Source of the DNA: a virus
IMG/VR virus record: IMGVR_UViG_3300032722_000006
Span: 81,284 to 145,283 of that record
Direction: 5' to 3' (one strand)
DNA: 64,000 nucleotides
Shown here in pieces: positions 1 through 7,932 of this stretch. The translations under genes and the position numbers were made by a program. Below the pieces are notes generated by a model, which was not told where the DNA came from, ran no database searches, and worked only from the letters and a program-made list of their open reading frames with translations. Within the stretch, counting starts at the first letter, position 1, and every line of letters begins with the position of its first letter.

Positions 1-150
1 ATCGAGCGCATCCAGCTGTGCCTGAGGCGACAAGCCCGTCCAGTGCTTCAGACGCTCGGTGCCCTCTTCCTGCTGGATCTTCCTGTGGTCGGGTCGGGGT
101 CCACCACCTGTGAACCTGCGATCAGTGTTCGTCCTCTTTGCTTGTCCCAT
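1..150 (-). CDS. hypothetical protein, runs off the left edge
   Basis: ATG at 150, open frame to the edge (MGQAKRT...WTGLSPQAQLDALD), purine-rich SD. Confidence 0.6.
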   Translation of the reverse strand, partial: MGQAKRTNTDRRFTGGGPRPDHRKIQQEEGTERLKHWTGLSPQAQLDALD

Positions 151-205
151 CGTCTTCACCTGGTCCTTTCGTTCCATCAGACACACGGTGACCATCACCG
201 TGCAG

Positions 206-280
206 CACCCTCGGCAGGATTCGAACCTGCGTTACTACAGCTTAGAAGGCTGCGGCCTAATCCGTTCGAGCCACGAGGGC
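206..280 (-). tRNA. tRNA-Arg(UCU)
   Basis: cloverleaf; anticodon arm GCAGC-CTTCTAA-GCTGT. Confidence 0.9.
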
Positions 281-284
281 ATTG

Positions 285-358
285 TCTTCACGGCAGGATT
301 CGAACCCGCGACCTCTCGCTTCGGAGGCGAGTGTTCTGTTCCGCTGAACTACATGAAG
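285..358 (-). tRNA. tRNA-Arg(CCG)
   Basis: CTCGC-CTCCGAA-GCGAG. Confidence 0.9.
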
Positions 359-362
359 ATTG

Positions 363-437
363 TCTCCTCGGAGGGATTCGAACCCCCGACACCCGGTTTA
401 GGAAACCGGAGTTCTATCCTGGCTGAACTACGAGGAG
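363..437 (-). tRNA. tRNA-Arg(CCU)
   Basis: CCGGT-TTCCTAA-ACCGG. Confidence 0.9.
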
Positions 438-444
438 ATGAGAA

Positions 445-527
445 AGCACTTTCACCTGCCGCCGATCCCTACGTGAGACAGCTCACGATCCGTGAACGGG
501 ACAAATTATGCTGCGGTTACTCATGCT
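445..527 (-). ncRNA. AGUA/GAA-clamp RNA, copy A
   Basis: AGCATg-AGTAACC...AGGTGAAA-GTGCT between two tRNAs. Confidence 0.6.
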
Positions 528-530
528 ATG

Positions 531-613
531 TGCCAACGGAGGGAGTTGCACCCTCACGCTCTTTCGAACGGCGGATTCTGAGTCCGCTGTGACTGCTGTT
601 CCACCACGTTGGC
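531..613 (-). tRNA. tRNA-Leu(CAG)
   Basis: GCGGA-CTCAGAA-TCCGC, long variable arm. Confidence 0.9.
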
Positions 614-614
614 A

Positions 615-995
615 TTACGTGACCTTCTTGACCCTGCTGACCCACCACCTTCGAGCGAACCTTGAGACGAGATACGCTTCCGCGAGCCGCTTCGATCGCC
701 ACACCCTCTGTGCAAGAGCGCTGGGTGAGTACGATGACGTGACAGTGTATCCTTTCCTGAGACCGTATGCGATCGCTTCAGAATACAAGGCGAGTCCCAA
801 TCCTTTTCCTCTGTGCCCCTGATCGAGGTTTGAGTGCGTCTCGTACACCCTGACGGGATGACCCGCACAGTTTGCTGATGCTTCGACTACATTGACACTT
901 CCGATCTCCTTGCCGTTGAACTTTAGCTTCACGGTGTAGTCAGTGAAGTTTTCCTTAGGAGTGACGCTGATTGCGTATCCGGCCGGCAGCTGCAT
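615..995 (-). CDS. GNAT-family acetyltransferase-like protein
   Basis: HRGKGLGLALY acetyl-CoA motif; start set by GTGCAA-N18-TATGTT-N6-ATG promoter. Confidence 0.7.
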   Translation of the reverse strand: MQLPAGYAISVTPKENFTDYTVKLKFNGKEIGSVNVVEASANCAGHPVRVYETHSNLDQGHRGKGLGLALYSEAIAYGLRKGYTVTSSYSPSALAQRVWRSKRLAEAYLVSRFARRWWVSRVKKVT

Positions 996-1017
996 GAGAC
1001 CAACATACCACGTCGGT

Positions 1018-1503
1018 CTACGGATTTGCACTCTCTTCTTCGCTCCGACATTCCTCCCTAATTTCCATTAGAAGTCGCCCGAGCCAGTTCTGACCTACAC
1101 CTTTGTAAACGCCCCAGAACTTGTCACCCCACGTGTTACCCTCGACCAACGGGATATCTTCTGTCGCAAGTAACATTGACCTAAGAAGGGGGTTCTTGAA
1201 TTTTTCCTGCAGCAGATTCCGCATCACTGTCACCTTCTGTAGGTCCCAGTCAGTGGGTAGCTTGACAGAGTAACCGAGCTTTTTTGCAATGCCCGGTGAC
1301 GCTGCTTCGCGGATCATCTTCTTCGTCACCGGGTCGGATGACTTCGCCGCCTGGTACGCATGCTCCACTGTTGGGTAACGATCACCGTCGACCCAAATTG
1401 ATGCTGCGTAGAAATTGCTCAAGAACCCAAACTCACCTCTGAAGTGATCGATTTCTACGGGTTTCTCTGACGGAAGCTGCGGTTGGCGTGTTTCGTCGCT
1501 CAT
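1018..1503 (-). CDS. NADAR (YbiA-like) family protein
   Basis: FLSNFY, TVEHAYQAAK, D.FWG, G.NWLGRLLM.IR motifs. Confidence 0.9.
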   Translation of the reverse strand: MSDETRQPQLPSEKPVEIDHFRGEFGFLSNFYAASIWVDGDRYPTVEHAYQAAKSSDPVTKKMIREAASPGIAKKLGYSVKLPTDWDLQKVTVMRNLLQEKFKNPLLRSMLLATEDIPLVEGNTWGDKFWGVYKGVGQNWLGRLLMEIREECRSEEESANP

Positions 1504-2039
1504 CTGCTTCTTGTGACCTCTTCGCAAACGCTGACGTCATCTTCTTCATCGAGTTCCGTCGCCATGAGCGCCTGGATCCTCGAACCGTCGCCCCAATGGA
1601 TCTTGGCAACGTTGTCAGTCGCGTTGTGACAGTGACCGTGTGTGTAAGCAGTCAGAAGGTTGCTGTTCTTCATGCCTGCCTTCTGGCAGGCGGCAATGCT
1701 TTCGTCGAGATGGTGCAATGCGACGGCGGCTTGCTTCGAGACGTCAGGTGAACACAAAGCTGCTTTTTCTTGATCGTTGAACGGGTGGACCTGGAATGCG
1801 CCGAGTGCCTCGCCATGATCGCCTCTGACCTTGCATGAAACTACATCATCACGCCACCCACCGGTTTCCCATCGAGCGATCTTGATCAAGGTCTCGACCT
1901 TCTGAGGATCTGTCGTCGTTTGCACGATCGCATCGACGACATTTGTCATCGTGTGAAAATCGTAAGGACCCCAGTTAGAATTCCACGTGCTGTCTGTCAG
2001 GTTCATTGCGAAGATGAGGGCTGCCGTGGCTAGATTCAT
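1500..2039 (-). CDS. secreted lysozyme/transglycosylase-like protein
   Basis: hydrophobic N-terminus; ARWETGG...GAFQV motif. Confidence 0.5.
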   Translation of the reverse strand: MNLATAALIFAMNLTDSTWNSNWGPYDFHTMTNVVDAIVQTTTDPQKVETLIKIARWETGGWRDDVVSCKVRGDHGEALGAFQVHPFNDQEKAALCSPDVSKQAAVALHHLDESIAACQKAGMKNSNLLTAYTHGHCHNATDNVAKIHWGDGSRIQALMATELDEEDDVSVCEEVTRSR

Positions 2040-2144
2040 TCTTGTGTAGACTCCATGATGCCGGCGAGATAGGTGCCGACACCCCGTCATTATACTTCAC
2101 CTGTAAAAAATGTTTCACTGCCATGTGTTCATGATGAATAATTG

Positions 2145-2218
2145 TCTCCTCGGTGGGATTCGAACCCACGACCTCCGGCTTCGCAGACCGGTGCTCTAAT
2201 CCGCTGAGCTACGGGGAG
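2145..2218 (-). tRNA. tRNA-Arg(GCG)
   Basis: CCGGT-CTGCGAA-GCCGG. Confidence 0.9.
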
Positions 2219-2687
2219 ATGATGTTATGAGCCTCCACGGGATATTCGCCTTGACGACGCGGTCTAGCATGTCTGCTGTTCCGCGACTGTCCTGGACGTT
2301 ATTGTGAAATGCTACGCAAACATCGATGGGCTCTTCTGCCTTGTGTTCTTTGTCAAGCATCTGCTGGTTTCTGATGGGACCCGCAGCGTTCTTGAACTGA
2401 ATCCAATCAGCAGGATACGCTCTGACCTCAAAGTCCAACGCTTCTGCAACTGCAGCACAGATGATGTCCGCACCCTTGCATGCACCGTGAACTAGGATTG
2501 TGCCGGGCCTGTAGCCCTTCAGAACCTCAACGACTGAGGTGATGTCTGACCACTCCCTGTCACCGGTGACGAGAATTTTCTTGATGATCGTCTCGGAAGG
2601 TATGGTTCGACGCTCCTCATCGTCACGACGCTCGTGATAACGACGTTCGACTTTCTCACGACGAATTTTGCCTGTTCTTTGTTTCAT
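2196..2687 (-). CDS. SLOG-family (DUF2493/YspA-like) protein
   Basis: ILVTGDR, LVHGACKGAD, AAGPIRNQQML, SRGTADM. Confidence 0.85.
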   Translation of the reverse strand: MKQRTGKIRREKVERRYHERRDDEERRTIPSETIIKKILVTGDREWSDITSVVEVLKGYRPGTILVHGACKGADIICAAVAEALDFEVRAYPADWIQFKNAAGPIRNQQMLDKEHKAEEPIDVCVAFHNNVQDSRGTADMLDRVVKANIPWRLITSSPRSSAD

Positions 2688-2764
2688 GGTCTCCCTGGAG
2701 GGATTCGAACCCCCGACCTTCACGTTCGTAGCGTGCTGCTCTGTCCGGGCTGAGCTACAAGGAG
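2687..2764 (-). tRNA. tRNA-Arg(ACG), CCA encoded
   Basis: CACG-CTACGAA-CGTG. Confidence 0.9.
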
Positions 2765-2771
2765 ATGATTT

Positions 2772-2996
2772 TCAACGAATGTCGAGTTCAGAAAGTTTGA
2801 CACAACTAACGTCGCCGTCGGAGTGGTACCACCCGTCTTCTGACCATTCAACGATGACGTATTCTGGGCCTTTCTTCGAAAGGGCGATGATCGTGCAACC
2901 ACCGACCTGTTTAGGTCCACAGCACAAATCACGTAGGAATGCATGTTGACCGATGAGCGTCTTTTTCTTGCCTAACATGTGACGATCGTACATCAT
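2772..2996 (-). CDS. hypothetical protein
   Basis: ORF filling the gap between RNA genes. Confidence 0.5.
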   Translation of the reverse strand: MMYDRHMLGKKKTLIGQHAFLRDLCCGPKQVGGCTIIALSKKGPEYVIVEWSEDGWYHSDGDVSCVKLSELDIR

Positions 2997-3017
2997 CAGA
3001 CAGATGAATTACACTCT

Positions 3018-3046
3018 TGCGTCCTGGTGATGGGATTCGGACCCAC
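3018..3046 (-). pseudogene. orphan tRNA 3' half (T-arm + acceptor strand)
   Basis: GTGGGTCCGAATCCCAT-CACCAGGA with no 5' half. Confidence 0.55.
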
Positions 3047-3082
3047 TACCATTTACGTGACACGTGTTGTATATTCGTATAC

Positions 3083-3643
3083 ATGAACACTTGCCTAGAA
3101 TGTCACACAGATACGTATAACGCTATGTTTTGTTCACGAAAATGTGCGGTTACGTTCAATAATCGTGGTGTTCAACACAACAAGGTCAAACCAAGAAATT
3201 GCGCAAAGTGCGGTGACGTTTATTTCAACGTTTGCGGTCGACGTTCTCGCCTCTGCGTGAAATGCAGAGAAGAATTTGATAACAGAAGCGATGAGATTGA
3301 CAATCGAACGTTGCGTTTCTATTGGGATAAGACAGGGCAAATAAGCTCTCCTGCAACGTTTCACGAGGTACGACATCACGCCAACAGGCGAAACAAACAC
3401 CGTCTTCAAGCATGTCAACGATGTGGTTATTCAAAACACATCGAGTATGCACACATCAAACCCATAATCAGCTTTGATCTTGATACACCGATCAAGATCG
3501 TCAACGCTGAATCGAACATTCTGCTCTTGTGTCCAAATTGTCATTGGGAATTTGATAATGGACATCTAAAACTTGTGCCGGGAATGGGACTCGAACCCAC
3601 GCATGTCACTGCTTATGAAACAGCCGCTCTGCCTCTGAGCTAA
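3083..3643 (+). CDS. HNH homing endonuclease
   Basis: FCSRKC, CQRCG, AHIKPI...N.LLLCPNCHWEFD. Confidence 0.85.
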   Translation: MNTCLECHTDTYNAMFCSRKCAVTFNNRGVQHNKVKPRNCAKCGDVYFNVCGRRSRLCVKCREEFDNRSDEIDNRTLRFYWDKTGQISSPATFHEVRHHANRRNKHRLQACQRCGYSKHIEYAHIKPIISFDLDTPIKIVNAESNILLLCPNCHWEFDNGHLKLVPGMGLEPTHVTAYETAALPLS

Positions 3644-3649
3644 CCCGGC
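3576..3649 (-). tRNA. tRNA-Met(CAU) elongator, or Ile2
   Basis: GCTGT-TTCATAA-GCAGT. Confidence 0.85.
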
Positions 3650-3684
3650 ATGATGGGACGTAACCACCACGCCCCCACCACATT

Positions 3685-3756
3685 CTCGCTTTCACCTTCA
3701 ACGTTGGTGTACGTTTTCCGCATATTCAATTTGCGAATCAGACGGTTACTCGCTCG
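3685..3756 (-). ncRNA. AGUA/GAA-clamp RNA, copy B
   Basis: GCg-AGTAACC..two hairpins..AGGTGAAA-GC; short outer stem. Confidence 0.5.
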
Positions 3757-3839
3757 TACACCCAGAGGGACTCGAACCCCCACGCCCTTTCGGGCACTGC
3801 AGCCTAAGTGCAGCACGTCTACCATTCCGCCATGAGTGC
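3757..3839 (-). tRNA. tRNA-Leu(UAG)
   Basis: CTGCA-CTTAGGC-TGCAG. Confidence 0.9.
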
Positions 3840-3934
3840 ATGCAGGGGATTCTATGAACCCCTGTCAATGACGCGATCATCCGTTGTCATTAACTAGCGA
3901 CGATCATTGTCGATGATGACGATCGTCGTTATTG

Positions 3935-4007
3935 TGCCCCCGGAAGGAATTGCACCTTCGACATCCGGTTTCGAAGACCGGCGTTCTTTCTGCTGAACTA
4001 CGGGGGC
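3935..4007 (-). tRNA. tRNA-Arg(UCG)
   Basis: CCGGT-CTTCGAA-ACCGG. Confidence 0.9.
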
Positions 4008-4008
4008 G

Positions 4009-4356
4009 TGGGTGGTACGTAAGCGGGATTTTGTCTAGGATGATCATTCCTCTGTGATGTGTGTCACCACACATCTATAGCAACAACCCGCATGCTCGGG
4101 CGAACAGCCCTCAAACGCACACTGTTTGTCTTGCTCCGGGAGGGACCCCTTACCGTCTGCATTGCTGCATTCGTGGTGGGCTCTTACTCCACCGTTTCAC
4201 CATCACCTGATCCTCTTTTGTGAGGCCATCGGCTGTCTTTTCTCTGTTGAGTCTTCCGTCACCTTGCGATGCCCAGTCGTTAGCTGGTTCCCTGTTCTAT
4301 GGAGTCCCGACTTTCCTCTGCGCGTATAGTACGCAGCGATCATCTTTCTCCACCCC
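4009..4356 (-). ncRNA. rnpB: RNase P RNA (bacterial type A-like)
   Basis: GAGGAAAGTCGGGACT (CR-I), ACAGAGA, GGTGAAACGG..GTAAGAGC, GAGCAAG, ACAAAATCCCGCTTA (CR-V); about 350 nt. Confidence 0.92.
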
Positions 4357-4358
4357 TG

Positions 4359-4441
4359 TGCCATCGGAGGGAATTGCACCCTCACACCCTCGCGGGCGCC
4401 GGAGTTTGAAACCGGTGTGTCTGCTGTTTCACCACGATGGC
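4359..4441 (-). tRNA. tRNA-Leu(CAA)
   Basis: CCGGT-TTCAAAC-TCCGG, long variable arm, A73. Confidence 0.8.
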
Positions 4442-4535
4442 ATTACTTTTTCGTTTAGATTCTGAAATTTGTTTTCGAGTTTCAATTGTATGTTTTCTTC
4501 CTCGAAATCTGTGTGTTCCGGTGATAGAGTGACAA

Positions 4536-5042
4536 TTAGGACACAAATATTCGAGGCTTGCCCGATCCCACCCATGCGTTGATTTTCACTTTTTCCCATT
4601 GTTCTGGTGGACTACCGTTCTTGCCTAGCTGCAGGATGTTCATTGTCCTGTGCCAACCTTCGTACAATTCGTACCCGTCCACCCTCTTGATCACGATGAT
4701 CGGTTCGTTCTTTCCTGTTGAGACCGCGAGTTCCTTGTGCCTTGCCATTCGTTCTTCGTCATTGTGAACTTCGTATGGATTTATCGCACCAAATTGTCTC
4801 TCGAGGATGCGCCTGCGTGTGTCTGGAGCGAAGTCACTCAAGTTGACTATGATGACCTGTTGATGCCAATTGAGGCGATCGAATGCCTTGTACAGGGGAT
4901 GTTCACCCATCCCAGTCCTATAGAAATCGTGTAGTACGTATTCAGGGATGTTTGGGTACTTCCTGCGAAGTTCCTTGTAGAGACCTTTCCATCTCATCTC
5001 AATGATCAGGCTGATCGCCTCACGAAGCAACGTCAACGACAT
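4536..5042 (-). CDS. ParB-N/Srx-like domain protein, late-motif class
   Basis: EPIIV...YELYEGWHR; ATAGTTA-N5-ATG. Confidence 0.6.
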   Translation of the reverse strand: MSLTLLREAISLIIEMRWKGLYKELRRKYPNIPEYVLHDFYRTGMGEHPLYKAFDRLNWHQQVIIVNLSDFAPDTRRRILERQFGAINPYEVHNDEERMARHKELAVSTGKNEPIIVIKRVDGYELYEGWHRTMNILQLGKNGSPPEQWEKVKINAWVGSGKPRIFVS

Positions 5043-5058
5043 GTCAGTAACTATTCTG

Positions 5059-5142
5059 TGTCATCGAGGGGACTCGAACCCCTACGGCCTTTCGGCCACA
5101 AGCACCTCAAGCTTGCGCGGCTACCAATTACGCCACGATGAC
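5059..5142 (-). tRNA. tRNA-Leu(GAG)
   Basis: CAAGC-TTGAGGT-GCTTG. Confidence 0.9.
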
Positions 5143-5222
5143 ATTGGAGGAGGGAATCTGGTCGCCTCCCTCCGAGGGCGTTTTATGCTGATCGTCAGCA
5201 ATTTCTTGCCTCCCAGGCCAGG

Positions 5223-5305
5223 TGCTATCGAGGGGAGTTGCACCCCTACGCCCTTTTGGGCACAACGTTCTCACCGTTGCGTGACTGCTGTTCCACCACG
5301 ATAGC
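5223..5305 (-). tRNA. tRNA-Leu(GAG), second copy
   Basis: CAACG-GTGAGAA-CGTTG. Confidence 0.85.
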
Positions 5306-5317
5306 GTGTGATGTCTG

Positions 5318-5392
5318 TGACCCCAACGGGATTCGAACCCGTGTTCCCTGCTTGAAAGGCAGGTCGCCTAGGCCTCTAGCATTGATGGGGCC
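5318..5392 (-). tRNA. tRNA-Glu(UUC)
   Basis: CCTGC-CTTTCAA-GCAGG. Confidence 0.9.
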
Positions 5393-5519
5393 ATTTTCCA
5401 CCTGCTACTGCTCAGCTTTTTTCGGCCTGCCGTAGCTTTCCGGGTGATGGAAACCGTTGATTTGGTGACAATGCGAAGTTCGTTTTCCGTTCAAATTCGG
5501 TGTCCTTTCGCATTGTCGG

Positions 5520-5594
5520 GGTGACTGACGGGATTCGAACCCGCGAATATCCGATTCACAGTCGGACGCCTTAGGCCTCTTGGCTACAGCCACC
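5520..5594 (-). tRNA. tRNA-His(GUG)
   Basis: TCCGA-CTGTGAA-TCGGA; G-1:C73. Confidence 0.92.
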
Positions 5595-5602
5595 ATGAAA
5601 CA

Positions 5603-5701
5603 CTACTTCTTCTTGTTCTTCTTTTCGAACTGATCCTTGTAGACGTACATTGCAACGACAACGATGACGACGGCTGCAGCAATCTTGAGTTTGTTGTTCA
5701 T
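5603..5701 (-). CDS. small membrane peptide
   Basis: GTGTAC-N18-TATGTT-N6-ATG; MNNKLKIAAAVIVVVAMYVYK... Confidence 0.6.
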   Translation of the reverse strand: MNNKLKIAAAVVIVVVAMYVYKDQFEKKNKKK

Positions 5702-5742
5702 ATAGAGAACATACCACACCGGCTGGTGTTAGTACACTCAGG

Positions 5743-5814
5743 AGCTGACGAAGGGATTCGAACCCTCACACGGGACTTTACAGGAGTCCAACCCGACCGT
5801 TGGGCGACATCAGC
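5743..5814 (-). tRNA. tRNA-Thr(UGU), C33
   Basis: GGACT-CCTGTAA-AGTCC; GCTGA acceptor. Confidence 0.8.
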
Positions 5815-5908
5815 ACGTACCTTTCACTTTCGCTCAGGACTTGAACCTGATCTTAGGCTTGGACAGCCCCGTGCAACCGTTACACTAGCCTCAAGAGTTA
5901 CTCAGTCG
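5815..5908 (-). ncRNA. AGUA/GAA-clamp RNA, copy C, enclosing a degenerate Gly(UCC)-like tRNA body
   Basis: ACTg-AGTAACT...D-arm, anticodon arm, TCAGGTTCAAGTCCTGA...AGTGAAA-GGT. Confidence 0.65.
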
Positions 5909-5987
5909 TGGTCCCAGAGGGATTCGAACCCTCACGCATTCGCAGCGATTTTTAAGATCGCCGTGTCTACCGTTCCACCATGAGACC
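5909..5987 (-). tRNA. tRNA-Leu(UAA)
   Basis: GCGAT-CTTAAAA-ATCGC. Confidence 0.88.
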
Positions 5988-5992
5988 AGGTT

Positions 5993-6110
5993 CATCTCTT
6001 TCACCTGCATTCGATGGGACTCGAACCCATAAGCCTCGTCAGAGGCGCCAGCCTTTTTGTCGGCCCGCGTATGCCATTTCCGCCACGAATATTGATGGTT
6101 ACTTGAAACG
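5993..6110 (-). ncRNA. AGUA/GAA-clamp RNA, copy D, enclosing a degenerate Leu-type tRNA (6006-6091)
   Basis: CGTTTCa-AGTAACC..[tRNA-Leu-like, 8-nt loop GACAAAAA]..AGGTGAAA-GAGATG. Confidence 0.7.
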
Positions 6111-6111
6111 G

Positions 6112-6184
6112 AGCGGATGACGGGATTCGAACCCGTGTGTCCAGAGTGGCGCTCTGGTGCCTGAAACCTCTCGGCCACACCCGC
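6112..6184 (-). tRNA. tRNA-Gly(GCC), C33
   Basis: CCAGA-GCGCCAC-TCTGG; U73. Confidence 0.88.
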
Positions 6185-6185
6185 A

Positions 6186-6261
6186 TGGAGCTGACGATGG
6201 GACTCGAACCCATGTGTTCCTCTTTACCGAAGAGGGGCGCCTGCCTCTGCGCTACGTCAGC
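6186..6261 (-). tRNA. tRNA-Thr(GGU), C33, CCA encoded
   Basis: CCTCT-TCGGTAA-AGAGG. Confidence 0.9.
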
Positions 6262-6263
6262 GT

Positions 6264-6373
6264 TGAGTCGAGAGAGGGAGTCGGACCCACATGCCCTTCA
6301 GATGCCTACGACATCGTCCGGGCGGCCCGTGTTGGAACACGTGCTGTGCCTGCCGGTTACACCACTGAGGATC
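6264..6373 (-). pseudogene. degenerate tRNA-like sequence
   Basis: D-arm-like GGTGTAACCGGCAGGCAC and T-arm-like GGGTCCGACTCCC with expanded middle. Confidence 0.4.
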
Positions 6374-6391
6374 GTGCCTCAGGCCATGCGT

Positions 6392-7135
6392 TTACTGGGT
6401 CGGAGTCGAGAGTCGGACTTGAACCGACATACAGCTGTTTTGCAGACAGCTCGCTGAATCATTCGCGTACCTCGACGTAAATTGTGCAATTCTTTCTTGA
6501 AGTTGATCAATCGTGATCAATGATTTTGCATTCTTTCGTTGATTCTCTGTGTGACGAACTAGACGACAATTAGCAGGATGTGCTATCAACGTTGGATCGA
6601 TCCCGAATTTGAAACCATCAGCGATCGAAATCAGGTGATCACGTGACACTCCGTTCAAATTTCCTCCTCTGTTAGAGGCTGAATACCACCCGTATTGTTT
6701 AAGCAGATCAAGATCGAAATGCTCTGGGTAGTCATACACGTTGAACGTAAAGAGGCACAAGTACTTGTAACTCTCGCGTGAACTCCGTTGTTCGGCATGA
6801 AATCCCTTGTAGCACTCTACGTTACAAAATCGATGCTTTTGACGTCCTCGACGGCCGTACACACGATTGGGTTTCCCACACAAGTCACACTTGAAATCAT
6901 GTCCGGTAAGCGATCTACCAACGCCCATACCCTTCCTAGGAGAAGGTCGACCCTTCATTGTTTGTCGCGTTTTTTCCCTTGATTCTGCGCTTTGATGACG
7001 ATGATGTGATGCGCAACTCTGTGTGCAGTGTTTGCGTCTCTTTGGAGATTTGAACTGCTTCTCAGTGAGAAGCAGTTCAAACGAACTACCGCATGGACAG
7101 ATGAACGCGTATGACTTACGTGATACCTGATACAC
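6392..7135 (-). CDS. HNH-like homing endonuclease (NUMOD/Zn-finger N-terminus)
   Basis: CPCG, HCTQSC, FCNVEC, SRDHLIS...HPANC...N.RK; reads through tRNA-Cys. Confidence 0.75.
   Translation of the reverse strand: MYQVSRKSYAFICPCGSSFELLLTEKQFKSPKRRKHCTQSCASHHRHQSAESREKTRQTMKGRPSPRKGMGVGRSLTGHDFKCDLCGKPNRVYGRRGRQKHRFCNVECYKGFHAEQRSSRESYKYLCLFTFNVYDYPEHFDLDLLKQYGWYSASNRGGNLNGVSRDHLISIADGFKFGIDPTLIAHPANCRLVRHTENQRKNAKSLITIDQLQERIAQFTSRYANDSASCLQNSCMSVQVRLSTPTQ
6404..6476 (-). tRNA. tRNA-Cys(GCA)
   Basis: GCTGT-CTGCAAA-ACAGC; U73. Confidence 0.9.
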
Positions 7136-7165
7136 GTCAAATTGTAATCTGATGTACCAGATTGT

Positions 7166-7675
7166 TCAAGAAAGCGCTTCCCATTCTTGATTGATGTCAT
7201 CCCATCGCATGATGCGATTGAGAAGCGTTATGTTTAGTCCATCAGTACGTTTGTCGTTTGGATCTGCGTACAATGTTGGGGGGTTGTCATCTTCATCAAC
7301 ACGAAATTGCATTGTGTTCAGAAGCTCTTTGGGAGACATTCGTTGGGGTTGACCACCCAAGCTTCTTAGCATGACGATCCATCTCCTCGCAGCGTTTGGG
7401 AACATCATCAGTACCTGTTCGGGAGTTAGGATTCCTCCGTATGCCGGTGCAGTCGAAACGTTCGGTCCAGCGCTTCTTCCTCGAGGAGCCGGTTCCTTGT
7501 ATGCATCCATGAACGCCTCACTGAGGCCTTCGACGTTGATGTCTCCCACACGAGCAGGATCGTCAAGATCTCGATCGTCTGCATCATCACGGCTGTTCGC
7601 ACCACGTGGCAATCTTGCATGATCCGCGACCGCCTCACGGATTAGGCGCCTGAGCTGCTTCAAGGAAATCTTCAT
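7166..7675 (-). CDS. hypothetical protein, late-motif class
   Basis: ATACTTA-N4-ATG; MKISLKQLRRLIREA. Confidence 0.7.
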   Translation of the reverse strand: MKISLKQLRRLIREAVADHARLPRGANSRDDADDRDLDDPARVGDINVEGLSEAFMDAYKEPAPRGRSAGPNVSTAPAYGGILTPEQVLMMFPNAARRWIVMLRSLGGQPQRMSPKELLNTMQFRVDEDDNPPTLYADPNDKRTDGLNITLLNRIMRWDDINQEWEALS

Positions 7676-7692
7676 GTCCTAAGTATTCGTTG

Positions 7693-7764
7693 TCCACACA
7701 GTTGGAGTTGAACCAACACCTCCGGGGCTTCACTCCGGCGCGCGACCACCTACGCAATGTGTGG
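7693..7764 (-). tRNA. tRNA-Phe(GAA), divergent
   Basis: CCGGA-GTGAAGC-CCCGG. Confidence 0.75.
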
Positions 7765-7768
7765 ATAG

Positions 7769-7841
7769 CGGTGAAGGTCGGAATTGAACCGACGCGACCC
7801 TGCTCTTCAGGCAGGTGCTCTACCAACTGAGCTACTTCACC
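7769..7841 (-). tRNA. tRNA-Phe(GAA)
   Basis: CCTGC-CTGAAGA-GCAGG. Confidence 0.9.
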
Positions 7842-7848
7842 ATGTTTC

Positions 7849-7924
7849 TGGAGCTAGCAGTGGGAGTCGAACCCACGTGTTCCTCTTTACGGGAGAGGGG
7901 CGCCTGCCTCTGCGCTATGCTAGC
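7849..7924 (-). tRNA. tRNA-Thr(CGU), C33, CCA encoded
   Basis: CCTCT-CCCGTAA-AGAGG. Confidence 0.9.
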
Positions 7925-7932
7925 ATACGTTG

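Noticed and set aside
445-527. Twister ribozyme reading of the clamp RNAs
   Set aside because: UAA-P2 and GUCCC give a superficial resemblance, but the pseudoknot partners are missing and the other four copies lack the core.
4359-4441. Opal-suppressor or selenocysteine tRNA (UCA)
   Set aside because: The stem register centres the loop on CAA, and the 7-bp acceptor, A73 and Leu-type D-arm fit tRNA-Leu.
6264-6396. Sixth copy of the AGUA/GAA clamp
   Set aside because: AGTAAAC is present at the 5' side but there is no matching GTGAAA or outer stem.
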